Positions 1 through 7,625 of a DNA stretch of 36,877 nucleotides are shown here, piece by piece. The notes beneath the pieces are model-generated. The model saw only the letters and a program-made list of their open reading frames with translations, ran no database searches and was not told the DNA's origin. This DNA comes from a virus (taxonomy: Duplodnaviria > Caudoviricetes): the IMG/VR virus record IMGVR_UViG_3300025196_000010, positions 1 to 36,877 of that record, one strand, 5' to 3'. Both the position numbers and the translations under genes were made by a program. Numbering within the stretch: the stretch's first letter is position 1; each line of letters opens with the position of its first letter.

Positions 1-1020
1 ATGAAGCTTCCGAAACCAATACAACGTGGGTCAACTTGGCGTATCACTGTAACTTTTGACAAGCAGCGATACTCAGTGACCAGAGATACTGCAAAAGAGT
101 GCGAGCACTGGGCATCAATCAAGCTGCTGGAGCTTAAAACAGGTAAGGCTGATTTAGAACAAGGAATAAAGCCAGCATACCCATTTCGTCAATTATGCGA
201 TAAGTACTACCAAGAGCACGGCAGACATATGCGGTCTGCTAGAACAATTATGCTCAAGATTAAAAACCTTGATCGCATTGCACCCAATGTTGCTGATAAG
301 TCTATTTACGATTTTAAACCCAGCGACATTGTTGAATGGCGAAATAAACGGAAAAAGGAAGTCAAAGTATCAACCTTAAGAAATGAGCATGCTATCTATT
401 CGGCTGTTTTCACTTATGCCTTGAAAGAGCTTTTTTTAATTGAGTCGAATGTTTGGCAAACTGTGCCGATGCCAAGTAAGGAAAAATCACGAAATCAGCG
501 GATCATGCCTGAACAGCAAGAAGTGTTGCTTAAAGCGTTGGACTGGGATGGTGAATCTACACCTGAGAAGTCAAAGCACTATGTAGCATGGGCATTTCTA
601 TTTGCGCTTGAAACTGCAATGCGACAAGGTGAAATACTAGCAATGCGTAGAACAGACTTGAGAGATGGTTTTGTACATCTGCCAATGACTAAAAATGGCG
701 AGTCTCGAAACGTACCATTATCGAAAGAAGCAAAGCGTCTGCTTTCATTATTACCTTTGGATAATGACGTTCTGGTGCCGATCGACAAAGATATTTGTTG
801 TGCAACGTGGGTGAGAGCTAAAAAAAGAGCGAATCTACCTCACATTAATTTCCACGATTCACGACATGAAGCAATCACAAGAATGGTTAAGGTTCGGAAA
901 TTACCAGTTGAGGTTTTAGCAAAGATCACCGGGCATAAAACTATTGGGATATTAATTAATACTTACTACAATCCAGACGCTCAAGACTTAGTAGAAATGT
1001 TCAATGACAGTGAGAGCTAA
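1..1020 (+). CDS. int: Tyrosine recombinase (phage integrase)
   Basis: Catalytic motifs TAMRQGE (R), TKNG (K), FHDSRH (HxxR), TGH and TYY all present; N-terminal arm-binding-like region. Confidence 0.95.
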   Translation: MKLPKPIQRGSTWRITVTFDKQRYSVTRDTAKECEHWASIKLLELKTGKADLEQGIKPAYPFRQLCDKYYQEHGRHMRSARTIMLKIKNLDRIAPNVADKSIYDFKPSDIVEWRNKRKKEVKVSTLRNEHAIYSAVFTYALKELFLIESNVWQTVPMPSKEKSRNQRIMPEQQEVLLKALDWDGESTPEKSKHYVAWAFLFALETAMRQGEILAMRRTDLRDGFVHLPMTKNGESRNVPLSKEAKRLLSLLPLDNDVLVPIDKDICCATWVRAKKRANLPHINFHDSRHEAITRMVKVRKLPVEVLAKITGHKTIGILINTYYNPDAQDLVEMFNDSES

Positions 1021-1304
1021 TTAGCTCTCGGTCTGCCTCTTTTATTTTTTGTTGTGAGTATGCCGTGCGCTAGGCGAGGGTTGTACAAGCATTTCCCTTG
1101 TGTGCCTTGATTAATAGATGCAAGGCGCTCACGGATGGTTGTCGTTGATAGATTATATTTTTCCGCTAATTTAGCAGCAGACACTAATTCCATCTCTACT
1201 TCTTTCAGTTCTTTGACAATCCCACCACCAATGTTCTGCCCAAGCATGACTTGTGGTGGTGCATCAGCCTCAATGGTGATTGTATATTTTAATACACCCA
1301 TCAT
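1017..1304 (-). CDS. Small HTH DNA-binding protein, probable excisionase/directionality factor
   Basis: HTH-like VSAAKLAEKYNLSTTTIRERL, basic tail KRGRPR, convergent with and overlapping the int stop. Confidence 0.6.
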   Translation of the reverse strand: MMGVLKYTITIEADAPPQVMLGQNIGGGIVKELKEVEMELVSAAKLAEKYNLSTTTIRERLASINQGTQGKCLYNPRLAHGILTTKNKRGRPRAN

Positions 1305-1789
1305 GATTCCCCTGTAGGTAGATCCATTTTCATAAAAGTAATCCAGTGAGTATTCGCACGCTTTCCACTGATATGTCCGAAAACAGGCTTTTGATCAGTC
1401 AAAGCTAAAATTTCACTGACTTTAATTTGAGTTTCATTCCACTTAAAAATTAAAACTCCACCAGTGTCCAACACGCGAAAACACTCCTCAAAACCTTTTC
1501 GAATATCTTCGCGCCAATCTCCATTCAGTTTTCCATATTTAAGGGCTAACCAGCTTTGCTTACCTGCTTTGATCAAGTGTGGTGGATCAAAAACTACTAA
1601 ATTAAATTGACCATCTTTAAATGGCATTTGACGGAAATCCATTTCTAGATCTGGTGACACTTCAAGAGTACGACCATCACATAAAATATGACTTTCTGTT
1701 CTGATGTCCCCGAACATTACGTTCGGGTTGTGACGATCAAAATGCATCATGCGAGAACCACAGCAGGGATCAAGGATTTTGGCTGTCAT
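1301..1789 (-). CDS. Class I SAM-dependent methyltransferase (orphan, phage-type)
   Basis: ILDPCCGS SAM-binding motif and VVFDPPH motif IV-like segment. Start moved to ATG 1789, which follows an AGGAG Shine-Dalgarno (SD). Confidence 0.85.
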   Translation of the reverse strand: MTAKILDPCCGSRMMHFDRHNPNVMFGDIRTESHILCDGRTLEVSPDLEMDFRQMPFKDGQFNLVVFDPPHLIKAGKQSWLALKYGKLNGDWREDIRKGFEECFRVLDTGGVLIFKWNETQIKVSEILALTDQKPVFGHISGKRANTHWITFMKMDLPTGES

Positions 1790-1934
1790 GACTTTGCTCC
1801 TGTGCTTCACCATGCCAATCATTAGCAGCAGCACAACCATCAAACTCTTCTTCACAAGAATCACAAATGATCATGGTGCCATCCTTTCTGCAGTTAGAGG
1901 ATTGCTCATTACAAACATCACATACATCAATCAT
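1770..1934 (-). CDS. 54-aa Cys-rich protein (CxxC...CxxC), absent from the ORF track
   Basis: Manual translation MIDVCDVCNEQSSNCRKDGTMIICDSCEEEFDGCAAANDWHGEAQEQSHDSQNP; AGGAG SD; fills the gap between two operon genes. Confidence 0.75.
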   Translation of the reverse strand: MIDVCDVCNEQSSNCRKDGTMIICDSCEEEFDGCAAANDWHGEAQEQSHDSQNP

Positions 1935-1953
1935 GACTTTGCTCCTGTGCTTC
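1786..1953. repeat. 23-bp direct repeat at gene junctions (1786-1808 and 1931-1953)
   Basis: TCATGACTTTGCTCCTGTGCTTC occurs twice exactly; on the minus strand it reads GAAGCACAGGAGCAAAGTCATGA (SD plus ATG). Confidence 0.95.
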
Positions 1954-2415
1954 GATCATTGCCTTAAAAAGTTGATCATTCGGCTTGTCAAAGTATCGTT
2001 TACCCAAAACCCCAATTAGAATCTTTTCATTTCGCGTTCGCACTTGTTGGCGCACATCACTTAGCATTACTTCTTCTTCTGGATAGTCCTCACTCTCATC
2101 ATCATATTGTTTGTAATCTTGATGAAGCTCATCAAATGCCATAGCTGTACAACATTCCTGACAATAGCGATTTGTTAGCAATTGACCATCTACAACACTT
2201 GAAATAACTCTCGAATATTTATTTGGCTCACAAATAGATAAGCAATCAGAACACAATTGTTTTGTTTGTCGTGTCTTAACGATTTTATCTGTTAAGTTAT
2301 TACCATCACCGATGTCACCTTCAAATGGGTCACTTGATAAAACCCACTCCTTCCAGTTTTCATCCCCAACTGCAATATTTTCACCATCATAGGTAAATTC
2401 GCGCACATCAATCAT
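1927..2415 (-). CDS. Hypothetical phage protein with two CxxC pairs (possible Zn-binding)
   Basis: CSDC and CQEC motifs; AAGGA SD; lies in the early-left operon. Confidence 0.75.
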   Translation of the reverse strand: MIDVREFTYDGENIAVGDENWKEWVLSSDPFEGDIGDGNNLTDKIVKTRQTKQLCSDCLSICEPNKYSRVISSVVDGQLLTNRYCQECCTAMAFDELHQDYKQYDDESEDYPEEEVMLSDVRQQVRTRNEKILIGVLGKRYFDKPNDQLFKAMIEAQEQSHD

Positions 2416-2461
2416 GACTTAGTTCCTTATAAATGGCCGCACTCAGTACGGCCTTATCTGA

Positions 2462-4159
2462 TTAATTACCGAAAAGCTCTGATTCGCGTTTTTGCGCAGC
2501 ATTAGTAATGCGTTGCTGGTCAGGATCAGACTGTTCCTCATACATTGGATCGATAAAGATGTTGTTAATTTCATCTTGGTTTTTGGCTGCTTCAATTTCA
2601 GCAATCGCTTTATCTACCCAAGGGGTATCGTCTGTATCAAACATGGATAGCTGATTTTCTAAAAACTGTTTACGTGCTACATAGACGTTAAGTACATCGT
2701 TCGTATGGTCAGGCGTAAGGTTTGGCTTATTGTCTCGGATAGTCTTTGCAACGGCTTCCAGTTCAGTAATATTTTGCGCATTGTCGATTTGGATTTTTAA
2801 ACCGCCGATGATCTGAGCTGACTTAATATCGTTTATGGCTGGTGCTTCTTTAACTTCTTCCTCAGCAGGTTTGTTAAATTTAGCCTTGTACTGTGTATAG
2901 GCATCTTTTAAATAGGCTAGGTGAGGGCCAGTCAAAGCGTCATTAATGATGAATTGTTCATGCAGTTGGTTTAGTTCCGCTACGCTTTCAGCTTTATTCA
3001 TTCTAACTAAGTAGTCTTTTTTCACTTCTGCTGAGGTCGGCTTTTTCACTGGAACCGTTTCTACTGGCGGTGCTTCTTCCTTTTCAGCCTCAGGCTTTTT
3101 TTCAGTAATTGTCTTTTCTTCTACATCATTTGATGTTGAATTTTGGTCATTTACTACATCGGCAGCAGGTTGGAACTTTTTAGCTTGAGCTTTAATCAAT
3201 TGTAATAACTGCTTGCGCTCATCTTTGTTTGCATGATCCATTACTTGTTCTTCGCAAGCATCAAGTTCATCACTTGATTTTATGGTTAGAATGCGACGTT
3301 TAAGTGCCGCAAAGTCTTCTTGCTCTTCTTTGTTACTCTGAGCATCAGCACCTGAAGGGGAACTCATATCAAACCAATCGGCTGGGTTGCTCATACCATC
3401 TTTTAAGCTTGTACCAATTTTTATTAAGCTAACAATCTGCGCTGGCTTGATAGCCTCCATTCGGCACTGTATGCGTTTTTCTAAAGCTTCTTTAGAAACA
3501 CCGTACTTCTCAAAAGCTTTAATAATATTTTGAATACCTTCTGGTGATGTATCAGCATAAGTGTTTAGCGTTAAATCACATTGCTGTAACGCTGCCTCTA
3601 CAACATCACCCGGTATAACTCCAAGAATGCAAGCACGAAGGCGGCGTGCACCGTTATTCGCTACAGCTTCATAAATATCGCGTGGATCAATAAGCTTTAC
3701 TGCACCACCTGATTTTGTATAGCGCACATGAGGAACCTGAAAAATTTTGGTTTGACGTGTATTTGTTTCAACATCCCATGCAAAAGCCTCAACAGTACTT
3801 TCACCATTCGCTTGAGAAAGCTCTCGCACACCATACTGAATATTTCCCCAGTTTTGTGCTAGTGATTCAGCAAGGCGGATAGTTGGACCACTAATTGACG
3901 TGCCGCCACGCGCATATTGATATACGGCAACTTGTGCTAATCCTGATCGCTGACAATCATTTAAGATTCGATCTACAGCAGCAACGCGGTCACGTGGAAA
4001 ACTTTTAGCAATGGCAAGTGCAGCCTGAACTTCTGCAATCGCACGCTGACTTTCCGTGCTAATTAATGCAGAGCTTGATTGATTGTGGTGAACAATTTGG
4101 TTTTGTCCATTGCTTAATGGATTTTCGATACGTGAGACAGATTGAGTTTGAGCATTCAT
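2462..4159 (-). CDS. Putative ssDNA-annealing/recombination protein with long repetitive C-terminal extension
   Basis: Directly downstream of a RecE-like exonuclease (typical exonuclease/annealing pair); globular N-terminal ~265 aa followed by four helical repeats. Function inferred from position. Confidence 0.6.
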   Translation of the reverse strand: MNAQTQSVSRIENPLSNGQNQIVHHNQSSSALISTESQRAIAEVQAALAIAKSFPRDRVAAVDRILNDCQRSGLAQVAVYQYARGGTSISGPTIRLAESLAQNWGNIQYGVRELSQANGESTVEAFAWDVETNTRQTKIFQVPHVRYTKSGGAVKLIDPRDIYEAVANNGARRLRACILGVIPGDVVEAALQQCDLTLNTYADTSPEGIQNIIKAFEKYGVSKEALEKRIQCRMEAIKPAQIVSLIKIGTSLKDGMSNPADWFDMSSPSGADAQSNKEEQEDFAALKRRILTIKSSDELDACEEQVMDHANKDERKQLLQLIKAQAKKFQPAADVVNDQNSTSNDVEEKTITEKKPEAEKEEAPPVETVPVKKPTSAEVKKDYLVRMNKAESVAELNQLHEQFIINDALTGPHLAYLKDAYTQYKAKFNKPAEEEVKEAPAINDIKSAQIIGGLKIQIDNAQNITELEAVAKTIRDNKPNLTPDHTNDVLNVYVARKQFLENQLSMFDTDDTPWVDKAIAEIEAAKNQDEINNIFIDPMYEEQSDPDQQRITNAAQKRESELFGN

Positions 4160-4174
4160 TTTTAAAATTCCTAA

Positions 4175-5053
4175 TTAGTTAAAATCGTTTTCTAAAGCTT
4201 GTTTAGTCATGTATTGCGGGAGGAATAAATCTTCCATTTCAAGTGAGTAGCCGTCCCATTCATTGATAAGAAGAGACTCAGCCAGTAATTCTTTTGATTT
4301 GTTGTATCGAGATTCACCGACACTTAAAAATAGGTCTGCTGCCTTGTACTGCTTGACGTTGTGCGGAATTGAACTTTCAGCAACTAACAGAATAAAAGGC
4401 GGTTTATCTTCTGTTCGGTAGTACTGCTGGAAGCCCTCACGGTACATAGCTGCAGAAAGGTCATAACCAAAGTCAGAACACTTCTTAGAGAAAGCATGTG
4501 CACGTGCATCAGTCGAAGTCTTCAAATCCAAGATCAAACCATTTGGAAAGGCTTTACAGGGTGCAATGTGCCAGTCAGGACGAATACGAAGTTCTAAGCC
4601 ATAGATTGGATCGGTAAAGAATATGCTTGCTTCAGCCATGCCGTAATTGTTCTGCATGTCTGCATAAGAGCTGAGTTTCTGTAGGTTGGCCACAATACGT
4701 TTTGCACCTTCAACCTGTTCAGCATCAACTAAAATTTTGCCTTGATTGGCCTGTTCCCAAGCCAAAGCCTCTTCTTTACCAGCCTTTGTACGGCGGTCAA
4801 ACTTAGGCGCGATAATGAACTCATGTTCAAACTGTTCAGGCTCTAAAAACAGGGTGTGCGCCAGTGTTCCAAAACTCATAGCTGTTTTAGTTTCGCGTTC
4901 AACTTCTTTCGCAATGTTGTTTGAGTAGAAGTGAGCACTAGAACGCAGCATGTCTTTTAACTGGCTAGAGCTAAACTCAGGGCGTGAGTGGTATTCCTCA
5001 TTGCTCATTTTTTCAATGAGTGATGCAGTCGGTAATTCTGCAAATGCATTCAT
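4175..5053 (-). CDS. PD-(D/E)XK exonuclease, RecE/exonuclease VIII-like (DUF3799-type)
   Basis: MSNEEYH..SSSQLK, FGTLAHTLFLEP, E..RIRPD..DLKT, GYDLSAAMY motifs; GGAGG SD before ATG 5053. Confidence 0.88.
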   Translation of the reverse strand: MNAFAELPTASLIEKMSNEEYHSRPEFSSSQLKDMLRSSAHFYSNNIAKEVERETKTAMSFGTLAHTLFLEPEQFEHEFIIAPKFDRRTKAGKEEALAWEQANQGKILVDAEQVEGAKRIVANLQKLSSYADMQNNYGMAEASIFFTDPIYGLELRIRPDWHIAPCKAFPNGLILDLKTSTDARAHAFSKKCSDFGYDLSAAMYREGFQQYYRTEDKPPFILLVAESSIPHNVKQYKAADLFLSVGESRYNKSKELLAESLLINEWDGYSLEMEDLFLPQYMTKQALENDFN

Positions 5054-5057
5054 CTGA

Positions 5058-5276
5058 TTAGCCTCCAAACACGTTCATAACCGCAAGGCTAATAACAAAC
5101 CAAAGAACCAATGCAGTAAGAGCGAAGATGCCAAAGTCTTTAAGATTCGCCTTGATAATGGCTAAACGAGGGGTACGCATTTCTGCAGGAGTGGGGTGCT
5201 GGTAAAGCACAGGCTTTGTATTGCTTTCGTTTTTAACGAATGTCGGTGTTTGACTATGTGATGCTGTTTGTTTCAT
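5058..5276 (-). CDS. Small membrane protein, first gene of the leftward early operon
   Basis: C-terminal hydrophobic helix FGIFALTALVLWFVISLAVMNV; lies just downstream of the predicted pL. Confidence 0.7.
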   Translation of the reverse strand: MKQTASHSQTPTFVKNESNTKPVLYQHPTPAEMRTPRLAIIKANLKDFGIFALTALVLWFVISLAVMNVFGG

Positions 5277-5296
5277 ACTTATCTCGCTCTTTGAGT

Positions 5297-5332
5297 AAGC
5301 TCGCTAGATTTCCAGTCGCTGCGGGCTTTTTT
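5297..5332 (+). terminator. Intrinsic terminator antisense to the pL leader
   Basis: Stem AAGCTCGC/GCGGGCTT with a G-U pair only on the + strand, followed by a T run. Confidence 0.6.
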
Positions 5333-5347
5333 GTGGGTACGAGATTT

Positions 5348-5399
5348 AGTTTAGTAATCTAAACTTTTATAGTCAATAGTTTTGTTTAGTAAAATAAAC
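5348..5399 (-). promoter_or_regulatory. pL promoter and left operators
   Basis: Minus-strand TTGACT(5376-5371)-N17-TAAACT(5353-5348). Palindromes GTTTAGTAATCTAAAC (5349-5364) and GTTTAGTAAAATAAAC (5384-5399) match those between cI and cro. Confidence 0.8.
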
Positions 5400-5437
5400 A
5401 TTTCTTTTTTTATTTGGCTTAGGTATTTTTAATAGAC

Positions 5438-5465
5438 AAAATAAAACCCATCACAGGGATGGGTT
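5438..5465 (-). terminator. Probable terminator of the cI (immunity) transcript
   Basis: Perfect stem AACCCATC/GATGGGTT followed on the minus strand by TTATTTT. Confidence 0.65.
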
Positions 5466-5479
5466 AGATGGAGTTTGTT

Positions 5480-5674
5480 ATGAGTGAAAAAAAAGAAATT
5501 GCGATTATCCCAAAAGGCTCTTATGTAAGCATTATGGGTTGTCGGTTCACATTGCTTGAAGATACTCAAGTGGAGGCGAACCAAACCAACTTAGACGACA
5601 TACTCAAAGATCAGGAAAACTTTGACAAAGGCATAGGCGTTGTTGGTGATATGCCTAGTTCCCAACATTCGTAG
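5480..5674 (+). CDS. Small hypothetical protein in the immunity region
   Basis: GGAG SD before ATG 5480; plausible composition; opposite orientation to its neighbours. Confidence 0.5.
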   Translation: MSEKKEIAIIPKGSYVSIMGCRFTLLEDTQVEANQTNLDDILKDQENFDKGIGVVGDMPSSQHS

Positions 5675-5942
5675 CTTTCTGCAACCAATTAGGAACAGTC
5701 TCTGGCAAATTTACATATGACCATTCTCTAATATCTAACTTCAAAACAAGTATGGAGTCGTCATTGTCGGCAAAACCGTGTAAAGCCATTCGAATCTGCG
5801 TTGCAGTCAAAGAGGATTGAATAACATATTGAGATAACGTACATTTTACATAGCGGTTGCTCGATACTTTTACAATCCCTTCTTGAAACTTCGCATAATC
5901 TTTCTTCTTATTTAAGTCATATGTAACTGTATAAAAAGCCAT
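5655..5942 (-). CDS. Cas2/VapD-like ferredoxin-fold protein (95 aa)
   Basis: GGAGG SD before ATG 5942; N-terminal strand FYTVTYDL, SQYVI, and C-terminal DNDDSILVLKL match the Cas2/VapD-like pattern and size. Confidence 0.65.
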   Translation of the reverse strand: MAFYTVTYDLNKKKDYAKFQEGIVKVSSNRYVKCTLSQYVIQSSLTATQIRMALHGFADNDDSILVLKLDIREWSYVNLPETVPNWLQKATNVGN

Positions 5943-5994
5943 ATTTTCCTCCACCCGATCTGTACTAAAGGACTGCGTCGGGTTCGCAGTTTTA

Positions 5995-6291
5995 TTATTC
6001 CCAAAAAATATATTTAGAATTCTTATGATAATTAAACATATAGCGAACAAAGAGAAAGCATAAATAGGTTAAGCCAGCTTGTATAAATCCACAAAAAATA
6101 AACTCAATCCAGTGTGATCTTGAGAAATGTACATACATAACCAATGGAACTGGCACTAGCAATAAAACGACCAAAAGAAGAGCGAGTACATCTTTTGCAA
6201 TATCGGATTTTGTTCCAAGCCACGCAATTGACGCAAAAATCAAAAAACCAAATATGTTCGTATATTGATAGTTAATCCATGAATCAATCAT
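5995..6291 (-). CDS. Small integral membrane protein (~3 TM) directly downstream of cI
   Basis: Three hydrophobic segments; starts 4 nt after the cI stop; AT-rich. Confidence 0.75.
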   Translation of the reverse strand: MIDSWINYQYTNIFGFLIFASIAWLGTKSDIAKDVLALLLVVLLLVPVPLVMYVHFSRSHWIEFIFCGFIQAGLTYLCFLFVRYMFNYHKNSKYIFWE

Positions 6292-6295
6292 AACC

Positions 6296-6985
6296 TCACC
6301 AATTTTCTAAACTAGATATTTGCCAAACCCAACCAATAATTTCAAATTGTTGATCAATTCTTTCCTGTTCGCTCAAATGAAGCTCAGGGAACTCAGTTGC
6401 ATTGTCAGAAACAATACGAACACCACCTAAAGGTAGATTATACAAGCGTTTGCAGTAGAACAAACCACCAATGCAAATAGCAAAGATCTTACCGTCTTTA
6501 ATATTTTTTCTGCCCAAATCTAAATGGATTGTATCGCCATCTTTAATAGTTGGACTCATTGAGTCGCCCATGGCCGTGGCAGCAACAGCATTCTCTTTTG
6601 TAATAGACAAGTTTCTGAGCGTTGCTTTTGACATTCTCAATTTGCGCGTTTCGTTTGCAATTGCGTCACTGATTGATCCGCCACCACATGCAAATGAAAA
6701 ATCTTTAAAGAATGGAATCTCAATTTCATCATCATCAAGTGGGGTATTGCTATCCCATGGTTCGACTTGTGCAAATTCAGGAGACGAGTTGCCAGTTAAA
6801 AGCCAGCTAGAAGTAGTTTTTAGAGCTTGAGCCAGCTTAATCAGTCTTTCATTAGTTGGAGTATTTACTCCGCTAATCCAATTAGTAACTGTTCCTTTAC
6901 TAGCCCCAGTAGCAGCAACTAGGTCTTTATGTTGTAGCCCTAGTTCTTTCATGCGCTGAGCGATTCTGTCTGATGTAGTTTGCAT
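6296..6985 (-). CDS. cI: CI-like repressor (XRE HTH plus S24 autopeptidase)
   Basis: HTH LQHKDLVAATGASKGTVTNWISG; candidate cleavage region FACGGG; GDSMSP (Ser) and CKRL (Lys). Confidence 0.95.
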   Translation of the reverse strand: MQTTSDRIAQRMKELGLQHKDLVAATGASKGTVTNWISGVNTPTNERLIKLAQALKTTSSWLLTGNSSPEFAQVEPWDSNTPLDDDEIEIPFFKDFSFACGGGSISDAIANETRKLRMSKATLRNLSITKENAVAATAMGDSMSPTIKDGDTIHLDLGRKNIKDGKIFAICIGGLFYCKRLYNLPLGGVRIVSDNATEFPELHLSEQERIDQQFEIIGWVWQISSLENW

Positions 6986-7005
6986 AATGGTGAAGCCTTG
7001 TATTT

Positions 7006-7088
7006 GTTTAAAATACTAAACAAAAAAATTGACATAATCCTAAACTTGTCGTTCAATAAACTAAACAATATAGTTTAGGTAAATAAAC
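7006..7088. promoter_or_regulatory. Right operators and pR region
   Basis: 16-bp GTTTAG-N4-CTAAAC-like sites at 7006-7021, 7051-7066 and 7073-7088, plus a half-site ending at 7045. Promoter candidates TTGACA(7029)-N17-TTCAAT and TTGTCG(7046)-N17-TATAGT. Confidence 0.8.
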
Positions 7089-7283
7089 ATGACCGTGGAT
7101 GACTTACGGACTTTCTATAAAGCAAAAAGTGACGCAGAACTTGCAAGAATTCTTGGGCGTGACCGATCTGTAATTAATTATTGGCGAAAAGGTATTCCTT
7201 TAAGCACACAAGCTGTATTTGAGGTTTCAACAAAAGGTGAATTAAAAGCCAACCTTTCTTCTTTAGTGTCCGCAAATCCTTAG
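7089..7283 (+). CDS. cro: Cro-like repressor
   Basis: 64-aa HTH (SDAELARILGRDRSVINYWR) divergent from cI. Confidence 0.85.
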   Translation: MTVDDLRTFYKAKSDAELARILGRDRSVINYWRKGIPLSTQAVFEVSTKGELKANLSSLVSANP

Positions 7284-7291
7284 GTGAGCCC

Positions 7292-7612
7292 ATGTCTGAA
7301 AAACTCACTGAAAGCATTACTTTCAAATGCACGTATGAAGAAAAGAAAGAGTTTGAAGCTATTGCACGAGCTGAAAAAACTGACGTTTCAAAATTAAGTC
7401 GTATCTGCATGAGAGAAAAAATCGCTGCTGTTCGGGAATACCTAAATTCTCTCAATTCATTCATGTGTCTTACCACAGATACCGTAGACACGTCTTTTGA
7501 GCTCAAAGCTCCACCGCGCTTTATAGATGTCACACCAAAACCACAGGCACAAAAAAAAGCCCAGCTGCGCGAACAACTGGACTTTCTTGCCATCCACTAC
7601 GAAAGCGAATGA
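7292..7612 (+). CDS. Regulator in the cII position, ribbon-helix-helix-like N-terminus
   Basis: ESITFKC strand followed by helices EEKKEFEAIARAE and DVSKLSRICMRE; lies between cro and the initiator. Confidence 0.6.
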   Translation: MSEKLTESITFKCTYEEKKEFEAIARAEKTDVSKLSRICMREKIAAVREYLNSLNSFMCLTTDTVDTSFELKAPPRFIDVTPKPQAQKKAQLREQLDFLAIHYESE

Positions 7613-7625
7613 GGTTAGGAAACCA
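7551..7625 (-). ncRNA. Putative OOP-like antisense RNA (~75 nt)
   Basis: Minus-strand TTGAGT(7660-7655)-N18-TAAATT(7636-7631) with TG extension; 12-bp terminator stem 7556-7585 with G-U pairs on the minus strand and a T run; overlaps the 3' end of the cII-position gene. Confidence 0.6.

Noticed and set aside
5400-6300. CRISPR-Cas locus suggested by the Cas2-like ORF
   Set aside because: No repeat-spacer array and no cas1 or effector gene seen anywhere in the window.
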